A stretch of 62,035 nucleotides of DNA. Origin: an uncultured Clostridia bacterium (GTDB lineage: Bacteria; Bacillota; Clostridia; Oscillospirales; Oscillospiraceae). The stretch's first letter is position 1; each line of letters opens with the position of its first letter. The notes beneath the pieces are model-generated. The model saw nothing but the letters and a program-made list of their open reading frames with translations, was not told the origin of the DNA and did not search any database. This document shows, in pieces, positions 52,427 through 59,790 of the stretch. The position numbers and the translations under genes were made by a program. The stretch is taken from NCBI GenBank assembly GCA_946411475.1, contig CAMKED010000001.1, forward strand, positions 1-62,035, given 5' to 3'.

Positions 52427-53074
52427 TCAGTTGCCAAGCAAAAATGCCGCCAGCGCGCCGAAGTCCCGGGCGGTGCAGATCACCCCGGCGGCTTCGAGCT
52501 CCCCGGGCGCCGCGTAGCCCCAGAGCGCGCCGATGCAGGCAATGCCGGCCTGAGCCGCGCCGATGGCGTCGTATTTGGTGTCGCCCACCAGCACGGTGTC
52601 GGCAGGCTCCGCCCCGCACAGCTCCATCGCCCGCCGGACGACCATCCATTTCCGGTCGTCCTTTTTGCCGGGCGTGCTGCCCACGATTGCGTCAAAGCAA
52701 TCCCGCAGCCCTGCCCGATCCAGCAGCAGCTCCGCCAGCGCCTGGGGCTTGGAGGTGGCCACGCCCAGATGCAGCCCTGCGGCCCGAAGCCGGAGGAGCA
52801 TCTCTCCCACGCCGGGAAAGGGGGCGCTCTCATAGACCCCGATGGGCAGATAGCGCTCGCGGTAATCCAGAACCAACTGCTCTGCCAGAGCCTTGTCCAC
52901 CCCGTAGACCTCCATGAACTTGTCTACCAGCGGCGGTCCCGCAAAGCAGCGCAGGGATTCCAGCGGGGCTTCGATCCCGTGCTTTCCCAGCGCGTATTGG
53001 ACGCATTTTGTGATGCCCTCCACCGTGTCGTAGAGGGTGCCGTCAAAGTCAAATAATACGGTGTTGTATTTCAT
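52427..53074 (-). CDS. HAD-IA family hydrolase (phosphoglycolate phosphatase-like)
   Basis: 215 aa. The translation is MKYNTVLFDFDGTLYDT... with ...VGDTKYD... Confidence 0.85.
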   Translation of the reverse strand: MKYNTVLFDFDGTLYDTVEGITKCVQYALGKHGIEAPLESLRCFAGPPLVDKFMEVYGVDKALAEQLVLDYRERYLPIGVYESAPFPGVGEMLLRLRAAGLHLGVATSKPQALAELLLDRAGLRDCFDAIVGSTPGKKDDRKWMVVRRAMELCGAEPADTVLVGDTKYDAIGAAQAGIACIGALWGYAAPGELEAAGVICTARDFGALAAFLLGN

Positions 53075-53120
53075 AACAGTTCCTCTTTGTTCGATTATAG
53101 CAAAATGCTATTCAGTGTCA

Positions 53121-53326
53121 GAATAGTTGAAAGTTGAAAATGGAAAGGTATCTATTCAGTCGCACCCGCTCCGTAGTGGCCGCGCACCTGCGCGGCCATG
53201 GCGCGTATCGCTTTTTTCTGTGGATTTATGGCCGCGCAGGTGCGCGGCCACTACGACCCTGCTGAACAGATACATGGCAATTTGAAAAACTCCTCCATTT
53301 TCAACTCTCAACGTTCATTTTTCAAC
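53121..53326. repeat. TTGAAAR stutters flanking a long REPIN-like inverted doublet
   Basis: gaatagttgaaagttgaaaatggaaagg leads into GTATCTATTCAG...GTAGTGGCCGCGCAccTGCGCGGCCAT (53173-53199). A 28-nt spacer separates it from ATGGCCGCGCAggTGCGCGGCCACTAC (53228-53254) and ...CTGAACAGATAC. The block ends with ccattttcaactctcaacgttcatttttcaactc. Confidence 0.9.
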
Positions 53327-53369
53327 TCGATCTGCATTGCACGCAGTTCTTTGACACAGTGCTTCGCGA

Positions 53370-54173
53370 TCAGATATGATCTACCTTGTTCATGCTCCCC
53401 ATCCGATAGCCTCCCAGGTCGACTGTGACCCAGCGGTAGCCCAGGCCCCGCAGAGCTTCGTTGACTGCGGCGGCCAGGGCCGGATCCCGGAGCCGGGCCA
53501 TTCCGGACTCGTCCAGCTCGAGCCGGGCCAGATCGCCGTGATCCCGCACCCGGAGCTGCCGGAAGCCCTGCGCTGCGAGCCAGTTCTCCGCGGCCTCCAC
53601 CCGGGCCAGGCCCGCGGCGGAGATGGGCCGGCCGGTCACAAAACGGGTCGCCAGACAGGCCATCGCGGGCTTGTCCCAGGTGGACAGGCCCAGTTCCTTA
53701 GAGATGGCGCGAATCTCCGATTTGGTCAGCTCCGCTTCCAGCAGGGGAGAGCGGACGCCCAGCTCCCGGATGGCTCGCATGCCGGGGCGGTAGTCGCCTA
53801 AGTCGTCCAGATTGGAGCCCTCGGCCACCCATTGCAGGCCGAGGCTCCGGGCCGTCTCTGCGATTTGCGTAAAGATGGCCTTTTTGCACAGATAGCAGCG
53901 CTCCGGCGGGTTGTCCGCTACGTCGGGGATGGACAGCGTGTCCACGTCCGGCAGAATATGCCGGACGCCCTCGGCCGCACAGAACGCGGCGGCAGCCTCC
54001 AGCTCCCGCGCCGGAACGAAGCGGGAGCGCACCGTCACCGCCGCGGCCCGCTCGCCCAGCGCTTCCCGGGCCGCCCGCAGCAGCAGCGTGGAATCCACGC
54101 CGCCCGAAAAGGCCACGGCCACGGAGCCCAGCTCCCGCAGCAGCCCCAGCAGCCGATCATACCCGCCGCTCAT
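53370..54173 (-). CDS. larE: ATP-dependent sacrificial sulfur transferase LarE
   Basis: The start at 54173 makes an ATGA overlap with the larC stop. The translation ...VAVAFSGGVDSTLLL... shows the PP-loop SGGxDS, with a conserved Cys context (...CYLCKK...). Confidence 0.85.
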   Translation of the reverse strand: MSGGYDRLLGLLRELGSVAVAFSGGVDSTLLLRAAREALGERAAAVTVRSRFVPARELEAAAAFCAAEGVRHILPDVDTLSIPDVADNPPERCYLCKKAIFTQIAETARSLGLQWVAEGSNLDDLGDYRPGMRAIRELGVRSPLLEAELTKSEIRAISKELGLSTWDKPAMACLATRFVTGRPISAAGLARVEAAENWLAAQGFRQLRVRDHGDLARLELDESGMARLRDPALAAAVNEALRGLGYRWVTVDLGGYRMGSMNKVDHI

Positions 54174-55507
54174 GCTTCTGCATGTAGGGACAAGCATTGC
54201 TTGTCCGTCTGAATTGCTTGCCGTACCGTGTCAATGGAAATCCCCTGTTCCAGTGCAATACGCGCCAGGTCATCATATTCGTATTTGACCCGTTCCACGC
54301 CGAACCCGGAGGCAATCTTTCGCCGCACGGGGCCGAACGCGGTCTCTACGGTGTCCACCCGCCGCTCCAACACGGCCCGGCGCAGGACGGCTTCCCGCAC
54401 CCCTAAGGTCGTGGTGTGCCGGAAGAGCAGGGAGATCATGCTGTCCCGATCTGCGTGTTTACATAACACACAAAACATCGTTCCGGGACGGCCTTTCTTC
54501 ATCCCAATGGCCTCGGTCCAAACGTCCAGCGCCCCGGCCTCCAACAGCCGCTCGACCGCGAAGCCGACGGCCTCGCCCGTCATGTCGTCGAGATTGCAGC
54601 GGAGCTCCAGCACCTCGTCGGCCTCCTGCTCCGCCGTTTCGCCCAGCAGGGCGCGGACGCAGTTGGCCGCAGGGAAGTCCTTCCGGCCCATGCCGTAGCC
54701 GATGGCTGCGGTCCGCATCACGGGCATTGCCCCGAACTTGTTGACATAATATTTTAACAAGGCCGCGCCCGTCGGCGTGCAGAGCTCGCCCTGGATCGCG
54801 CCGCCGTAGATCGGCACGCCCCGCAGCAGCTCCGCCGTAGCGGGGGCTGGGACGGGCATCAGCCCGTGCGCGCAGCGAACCTGCCCGCAGCCGACGTGGA
54901 TGGGGGAGCAGAGGATCTGTGCCGGGGCCAGCTCGTGGATCAGCAGGCAGACGGCCGCCACGTCGGCCACCGCGTCCAGGGAGCCCACCTCATGGAAGTG
55001 GATCTCCTCCACCGGGACGCCGTGCACCTTGCTCTCAGCCTCAGCCAGCAGCCCGTATACCGCCAGCACGTCAGCCTTGACCGCCTCGGGCAGGTCAAGA
55101 TGATCCTGCACCAGATGCGCGATCCCATGCATCCCGGTATGGGGATGATGATGGTGCTCCCCGTCCCCTGGTGACTGTTGACTGGTGACTGGCGACTCAT
55201 GATGCTCATGCTCGTGCGCCTCGGGAAAGCCTTCCCCCTGGGGGGAAGGTGTCGGCGCAGCCGACGGATGAGGGGGTGTCTCGTCGTGGTGATGCACATG
55301 CTCCTCCGCGCCGTCCACGGTCACGCGCATGTGCGTGCCGGAAATGCCGCACTTCACGGAATTCTCGGCCCGGTATTCCACCCCGGGGATGCCGAGCGCG
55401 TTGAGCCGGGCCAAAAACTCCGCCTTGTCGGGCAGCAGCTCGAGCAGGGCCGCCGTGAGCATGTCGCCCGCGGCGCCCATAGAGCAGTCAAAATAGAGTG
55501 TTTTCAT
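54170..55507 (-). CDS. larC: Nickel insertion protein LarC (nickel-pincer cofactor biosynthesis)
   Basis: 445 aa. MKTLYFDCSMGAAGDMLTAALLEL... is the DUF111 N-terminus. A His-rich central region carries a repeat-derived insert. Confidence 0.85.
   Translation of the reverse strand: MKTLYFDCSMGAAGDMLTAALLELLPDKAEFLARLNALGIPGVEYRAENSVKCGISGTHMRVTVDGAEEHVHHHDETPPHPSAAPTPSPQGEGFPEAHEHEHHESPVTSQQSPGDGEHHHHPHTGMHGIAHLVQDHLDLPEAVKADVLAVYGLLAEAESKVHGVPVEEIHFHEVGSLDAVADVAAVCLLIHELAPAQILCSPIHVGCGQVRCAHGLMPVPAPATAELLRGVPIYGGAIQGELCTPTGAALLKYYVNKFGAMPVMRTAAIGYGMGRKDFPAANCVRALLGETAEQEADEVLELRCNLDDMTGEAVGFAVERLLEAGALDVWTEAIGMKKGRPGTMFCVLCKHADRDSMISLLFRHTTTLGVREAVLRRAVLERRVDTVETAFGPVRRKIASGFGVERVKYEYDDLARIALEQGISIDTVRQAIQTDKQCLSLHAEA
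54184..54206. repeat. GTAGGGAC palindrome inside the last codons of larC
   Basis: GTAGGGACAAGCATTGCTTGTCC on the plus strand is read on the minus strand as ...TDKQCLSLHAEA*, ending at the larC/larE ATGA junction. Confidence 0.9.
55170..55277. repeat. Intragenic GTGAC stutter and CCTTCCCC composite inside larC
   Basis: ggtgactgttgactggtgactggcgac spans 55170-55196. GCCTTCCCCCTGGGGGGAAGG + TGTCGGCGCAGCCGAC + GGATGAGGGGG spans 55230-55277. The block translates on the minus strand as PPHPSAAPTPSPQGEGF...SPVTSQQSP. Confidence 0.9.
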
Positions 55508-56259
55508 CGCTTTGCCTCCATGTGATTGATCCGATTTGCCAGAAATCCGGCGCCGAAGCCGTTGTCGATGTTCACCACGCTGACCCCGCTGGCGCAGGAA
55601 TTCAGCATGGACAGCAGCGCCGAAACCCCGTGGAAGGAGGCTCCATAGCCCACGCTGGTCGGCACGGCGATCACCGGGCAGTCCACCAGCCCGCCGAGGA
55701 CGGATGCCAGAGCGCCCTCCATGCCCGCGATGGCGACGACCACCGACGCCCCCATCAGCTCGTCCAGATGGGAGAGCACGCGGTGCAGGCCTGCCACGCC
55801 CACGTCGTAGAGCCGTACCACGCGACTGCCGAGGAACTCTGCGGTCAGCGCGGCCTCCTCGGCCACGGGCAGGTCGCTGGTGCCGCCCGTGGCAACGACA
55901 ATATAGCCGAGCCCGTCTGGGGCAGGGGCCTCGCCCAAGCTGGCGATCCGGGCCGTCGCGTCATAGCGCAGGGGAAAGCGTCCAACCAGCGATTCGGCCT
56001 TTTCGGCGTCCAGACGGGTAATCAGCACGCGCGCCTGCCCGTTTTTGATCATCGTATCCAGAATCCCGGAGATCTGCTCGACGGTTTTGCCTGCCCCGTA
56101 GACGACCTCAGCAGCCCCCTGCCGCAGCTTGCGGTGGAGGTCCACCTTGGCGTAGCCGATGTCGGCAAAGGGAGCCTTTTTCAGCGCAAGCAGCGCCTCG
56201 TCCACGGAGACGGCTCCGCTCCGTAGCTGCTCCAAAATCTGTCTGGCGTCTGTATTCAT
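55504..56259 (-). CDS. larB: Nickel pincer cofactor biosynthesis protein LarB (AIR carboxylase-like)
   Basis: The internal ATG at 56259 gives ...DLHRKLRQGAAEVVYGAGKT... and ...VVATGGTSDLPVAEEA...VAIAGMEGALASVLGG... Its end makes an ATGA overlap with the larC start. Confidence 0.88.
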   Translation of the reverse strand: MNTDARQILEQLRSGAVSVDEALLALKKAPFADIGYAKVDLHRKLRQGAAEVVYGAGKTVEQISGILDTMIKNGQARVLITRLDAEKAESLVGRFPLRYDATARIASLGEAPAPDGLGYIVVATGGTSDLPVAEEAALTAEFLGSRVVRLYDVGVAGLHRVLSHLDELMGASVVVAIAGMEGALASVLGGLVDCPVIAVPTSVGYGASFHGVSALLSMLNSCASGVSVVNIDNGFGAGFLANRINHMEAKR

Positions 56260-56289
56260 GTGTTCGCCTCCCGCTTGTTTTCTTCCCAT

Positions 56290-56318
56290 ACTATACCATG
56301 CTTTGCGTGGAATTGCAA
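56290..56318 (-). promoter_or_regulatory. Putative larBCE promoter
   Basis: On the minus strand: TTGCAA (56318-56313), 17 nt, TATAGT (56295-56290). Confidence 0.55.
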
Positions 56319-56362
56319 AAGAAAAAGTTTCCCGGCTTCCGCAAACGCGAAAACCGGGAAAA
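56316..56362 (-). terminator. Intrinsic terminator after the DUF937 gene
   Basis: On the minus strand, TTTCCCGGttttcgcgtttgcggaagCCGGGAAA is followed by CTTTTTCTTTT. Confidence 0.7.
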
Positions 56363-56364
56363 AC

Positions 56365-57063
56365 TCAATGGAACAGGCTCAGCAGACCGTCCAGCAGGCC
56401 GGAGGACTGCTCCTGCTGCTGGTTGTTGTCGGTGAGCTGGATGGTGGTCGGATTGCTGCTCTGATTTGAGCCGCCGCCCAGCAGAGAGGAGAACAGGCCG
56501 GAGGCCATGGAGGCGTTGCTGTTCGAATTACCTCCCAGCAGGGAACCGAGGAGACCGCCGGAGCTCTGCTGGCTCTGATTACTCTGGCTGCCGCCGCCGA
56601 GCAGACCGCCCAACATCCCGAGCAGGCCGCCGGAGCTGCTTTGATTCGCGCTGCTCTGATTGGAATTGCCGAGCAGGGACAGCAGCAGGGGCGCGGCCAG
56701 TGCAAGAACGGAGGTGGACTTGCCCTTTGTGACGCCGGTGGCCTTGGAGATCTGGTCGATCAGTCCGGTTTGATCCTTGCCCAGAACGTGGCCGAGAATT
56801 TTCTTGCCGTCAGCCAGGTCCGCGCTTTTGAGGAAGGCGGCGGGGTCGGAAACGTCGTCCTTGCCGTGATCCGCCAGCGCTTTGGACAGGGAATCCGCAC
56901 CGGATGCGGTGCCTGCGTTCCGCTTCATGCCGCCCACCAGCGCCGGAATTCCGGCGGAGAGGACCTTTGCCACGTCCTCCTGCTTGAGCTTGGTGCGCTT
57001 GCAAATGGCGTCCAGGCCGCCGCCGGAGATCAGCGTGCCGATGGAGTTGAGATCAAACGCCAT
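56365..57063 (-). CDS. DUF937 domain-containing protein with G/S/Q/N-rich C-terminus
   Basis: 232 aa. The translation shows ...LSAGIPALVGGM... and ...GKKILGHVLG......ISKATG...KSTSVLALAAPLLLSLLG, followed by SGGLLGxLLGG repeats. Confidence 0.6.
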   Translation of the reverse strand: MAFDLNSIGTLISGGGLDAICKRTKLKQEDVAKVLSAGIPALVGGMKRNAGTASGADSLSKALADHGKDDVSDPAAFLKSADLADGKKILGHVLGKDQTGLIDQISKATGVTKGKSTSVLALAAPLLLSLLGNSNQSSANQSSSGGLLGMLGGLLGGGSQSNQSQQSSGGLLGSLLGGNSNSNASMASGLFSSLLGGGSNQSSNPTTIQLTDNNQQQEQSSGLLDGLLSLFH

Positions 57064-57064
57064 C

Positions 57065-57970
57065 TCAGTTTCCTCCCGTGACGGTCGGCGCTGCGGTCGT
57101 GTTGACGACGGGAACCTGATCCTTATTCTCGGAAGCAGTGCCGCCTTCTACGTTCAGCTCAGCCAGATTCAGGTTGATTCCCCAATCTGCGGCGTGTGCG
57201 GCGCAGTAGGAGCAGATCGCGGTACGGCCGGACTCAATGGCCTCGGTGACGGAGCCCTTGTAGACGGAGCTGGATTCACGGATATAGGGGCAATCGACCG
57301 CAACCTGCTCAGCGTCCGGGTCGCCGTTATACTTCAGGTGATACTTGTGTCCGAACTGGGTCCAGTAGACGTCGCCGTTGATCTGGGACTCAGCCTCGTC
57401 CTTCTGCTCGGCGGAGATGGGATGATAGTCCGCGGAGGCGGCTCCGGTGATCAGCAGCGCCACGGCTGCAATGATCGCGGCGATGGTCTTGGTCTTCTTG
57501 TCCAGCTTGTCGCTCTTCAGCAGCAGAACGATCAGCGGGATGAAGCAGATGCAAGCCATGATGACGCCCAGCTCGTTCCAGAGATAGAACAGGAACTTGC
57601 CGCGCTTCTCGCTCATGGGCTTGATGTGGTTGGCCTTCTTCCAAAGCTGTGCCGCAGTGATGCAGGCGGCCATATCCAGGACCACGAAACCGATGAACGC
57701 AATCCACATGTTGGTGTCGCCGTTATGCGTGAAGCGGATGACGAAGTTCTTGGTGATCGCCATGATGGCAAAGACCTCACAGACGATCGCAACGATCCAG
57801 AGAAGCACTGCGCCGATGCGCAGGCCGACGGTGCTGCCGCCGGTGGGCTTGTTGGGCGTGATGACGGTCTGCGGCTTTCTGGCCGCGGCGGGCTTCTTGG
57901 CGGGCTCGGCCGCCTTCTTGGCAGGCTCCGCAGCCTTCTTTTCCGTATTGCGGACGATCTTTTCTGCCAT
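57065..57970 (-). CDS. Hypothetical membrane protein (KKAAEPA repeats, 4 TM, Cys-containing C-terminal domain)
   Basis: A 301-aa ORF in an operon-like arrangement with the DUF937 gene (1-nt gap). No family was recognised. Confidence 0.5.
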   Translation of the reverse strand: MAEKIVRNTEKKAAEPAKKAAEPAKKPAAARKPQTVITPNKPTGGSTVGLRIGAVLLWIVAIVCEVFAIMAITKNFVIRFTHNGDTNMWIAFIGFVVLDMAACITAAQLWKKANHIKPMSEKRGKFLFYLWNELGVIMACICFIPLIVLLLKSDKLDKKTKTIAAIIAAVALLITGAASADYHPISAEQKDEAESQINGDVYWTQFGHKYHLKYNGDPDAEQVAVDCPYIRESSSVYKGSVTEAIESGRTAICSYCAAHAADWGINLNLAELNVEGGTASENKDQVPVVNTTAAPTVTGGN

Positions 57971-58014
57971 AAGGGAATTCCTCCATTTCTTTTTCTCAAA
58001 ATATAGGGGAATTG

Positions 58015-58644
58015 CTACCTTCTATTATCTATATCCTGTGGTTTTTTGTCAATAGGAGATTTCATGTTTTTTGAAATTTTATACCATAAACAGGCGAGCC
58101 AGTAGCCCATGATCGCCCCGGCGGTGTTCAGGATCAGATCGTCCAGCTCCGAGACCCCGGAGCCCAGAACGAATTGCATCGTCTCAATGCCCAGCGAGAG
58201 CAGAAAGCCCCACAGCATTGCAACTGTAGCGCCGGCAATCTGCCGGCCATTCTTCCGTAAGGGACGGGTTTCCCGGCCCGCCGCCGCAGCTCCCTGTAGC
58301 GGCGCACACCGGTGCGCCACGGGGAACGGTGCATTGTCGGTACGCCCCTCATCCGTCAGCGGGCTTGCGTGAGACGCCCGCTGCCACCTTCCCCCTCGGG
58401 GGAAGGCATTCCGCAGCCGCACCAGCACGCCCACCGGCATGAACCAAACCAGATTTCCCACAAACAGATAGGTGAAATACCGCCAGTATTCGATCCGAAT
58501 CAGCTTTGCGTAATAGGCAAAGGCGTCCCATTCGATCCGCCCGGAGAAGAGCCCGTGCCGAAAGCAGCCGTTCCGGAATACAGTCAGACGCAGCAGGGCG
58601 GCAAGCCAGAGAACGGCAAGCACCCGGATTACAGTTTTTTTCAT
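58015..58644 (-). CDS. VanZ family protein carrying a ~61-codon in-frame repeat-derived insertion
   Basis: Its ends are VanZ-like (MKKTVIRVLAVLWLAALLRLTVF... and ...LLSLGIETMQFVLGSGVSELDDLILNTAGAIMGY). The central 58225-58407 is made entirely of repeat units. Confidence 0.65.
   Translation of the reverse strand: MKKTVIRVLAVLWLAALLRLTVFRNGCFRHGLFSGRIEWDAFAYYAKLIRIEYWRYFTYLFVGNLVWFMPVGVLVRLRNAFPRGGRWQRASHASPLTDEGRTDNAPFPVAHRCAPLQGAAAAGRETRPLRKNGRQIAGATVAMLWGFLLSLGIETMQFVLGSGVSELDDLILNTAGAIMGYWLACLWYKISKNMKSPIDKKPQDIDNRR
58225..58407. repeat. Intragenic block of four repeat units inside the vanZ-like ORF
   Basis: The units are GTAGCGCCGGCAATCTGCCGGCC (58225-58247), GTAAGGGACGGGTTTCCCGGCCC (58257-58279) and GTAGCGGCGCACACcgGTGCGCC (58296-58318). 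The fourth is CCCCTCATCC + GTCAGCGGGCttgcgtgagacGCCCGCTGC + CACCTTCCCCCTCGGGGGAAGGC (58345-58407). Confidence 0.9.
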
Positions 58645-58654
58645 GCCCCTCCAG

Positions 58655-58750
58655 TTTCAGTTGAAAGTTGAAAATGGAAAGTTGAAAATGAATGTGTTTT
58701 GCAAATTGCAATTTGCAAAACTCCAAAATTCTCCATTCTCACTTCTCAAT
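58655..58750. repeat. TTGAAAR stutter, AT hairpin, TTCTCA stutter
   Basis: tttcagttgaaagttgaaaatggaaagttgaaaatgaa is followed by GTTTTGCAAATtgcaATTTGCAAAAC (58696-58721). Then comes ccaaaattctccattctcacttctcaatt, which contains the cinA stop at 58739-58741. Confidence 0.85.
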
Positions 58751-59227
58751 TAACTCCACCGCCAGATCTGCCGCCGCCTCCGCTGCCATGCAGCGGATCG
58801 CGTTCCGATCACCGTCGAATTTGCATTCCCGGGCCATGGTGATCTCCCCGTTGGAGGCGCTGACGTAGACCAGGCCCACGGGGCGGCCCGTGTCGTCGGA
58901 ATTCGGCCCGGCGATCCCGGTGATGCCGATTCCCAGATCCGCGCCGATCACCCGGCGCACCCCCTCGGCCATCTGCCGTGCCACAGGCTCCGAGACGGGG
59001 CCGAGGCTGTCCAGCAGCGTCTGATCCACACCCAAAATATCATGCTTGATCCGATTGCAGTAGGAAATCACGCCGCCCGGATAGACGGCGGAGCTGCCGG
59101 ATATGTCGGTGATAGACTTCCCGAGCAGCCCGCCCGTGCAGGACTCGGCCGTGGCGACGGTCAGGTGTTTGTTCTTGAGAAATTGTACCAATATTTCAAT
59201 CTGTGTAATCTTATGGGGCATCATCAT
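58739..59227 (-). CDS. pncC: CinA C-terminal domain protein (nicotinamide-nucleotide amidohydrolase PncC-like)
   Basis: The translation shows ...LTVATAESCTGGLLG..., ...GVISYCNRIKHDILGV... and ...GITGIAGP... The start is at 59227 or 59221. Confidence 0.85.
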   Translation of the reverse strand: MMMPHKITQIEILVQFLKNKHLTVATAESCTGGLLGKSITDISGSSAVYPGGVISYCNRIKHDILGVDQTLLDSLGPVSEPVARQMAEGVRRVIGADLGIGITGIAGPNSDDTGRPVGLVYVSASNGEITMARECKFDGDRNAIRCMAAEAAADLAVELIEK

Positions 59228-59630
59228 GATGGCCTCCTGTTCCTGATTCAGCATCCGGGCTGTTCCAGGGGCGCCGGAATCCGTTGAGCGCATACTGTTT
59301 CAATTCATCATTTGGAATCCATTCCCCTTGCTCCCGCAAAAGGTGGGGAAGAACGGCAAGAATTGCCGCTTGATTCAGCGGCCCGTAGATATGCGGGAAG
59401 TCCAGCCCGCCGCCGTCCTCCCACCGCACTTCGCTGGTCAAACGGTCTGTGTCAATGACCAATATTACCTTCTCAGCGCAATCATCCTTGAAGTTCGGCG
59501 CGACAAGATAATAAGTGTCCAGGTCGGAGCAATGAATGTATCCCCACCGTTCCAGACTGCTTGCGCCATAATTTCCCGAAGGGATTTCTGCTTCGTATTC
59601 GTGTTTGTTCGCAACATGTATGATTGTCAT
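59211..59630 (-). CDS. DUF952 domain-containing protein
   Basis: 139 aa. The translation is MTIIHVANKHEYE...SLERWGYIHCSDLDTYYLVAPNF......FPHIYGPLN... Confidence 0.75.
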   Translation of the reverse strand: MTIIHVANKHEYEAEIPSGNYGASSLERWGYIHCSDLDTYYLVAPNFKDDCAEKVILVIDTDRLTSEVRWEDGGGLDFPHIYGPLNQAAILAVLPHLLREQGEWIPNDELKQYALNGFRRPWNSPDAESGTGGHHDDAP

Positions 59631-59660
59631 TTTTTACCACGTATTTGTTAGCTTCCACGC

Positions 59661-59790
59661 GGACGGCTGCGAGCCGTCCCTACTGGCGTTCCCGTCTGTC
59701 ATTCTGCCTTGCCTTGAGCGCAGTCGAAAGGGGAGCGAAGAATCCGTATTCCCCGTCTCCTGTTGCCTGCTGCCGATTGTCTTCTATCCC
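59661..59790. repeat. Inverted GTAGGGAC palindrome, interrupted GTCATTCTG...GAAGAATCC unit, CTGTTGCC stutter
   Basis: GGACGGCTgcgAGCCGTCCCTAC lies at 59661-59683. gtcattctg[ccttgccttgagcgcagtcgaaagggga]gcgaagaatccg follows at 59698-59745. Then comes ccccgtctcctgttgcctgctgccgattgtcttctatcc, which contains the thiI stop (cta at 59784-59786). Confidence 0.85.

Noticed and set aside
56365-57970. The DUF937 gene plus the KKAAEPA-repeat membrane protein as a candidate novel two-gene system.
   Set aside because: They show only tight spacing (1-nt gap) and unknown functions, and no enzymatic or nucleic-acid-related domain was recognisable. There is insufficient basis for a system-level claim.
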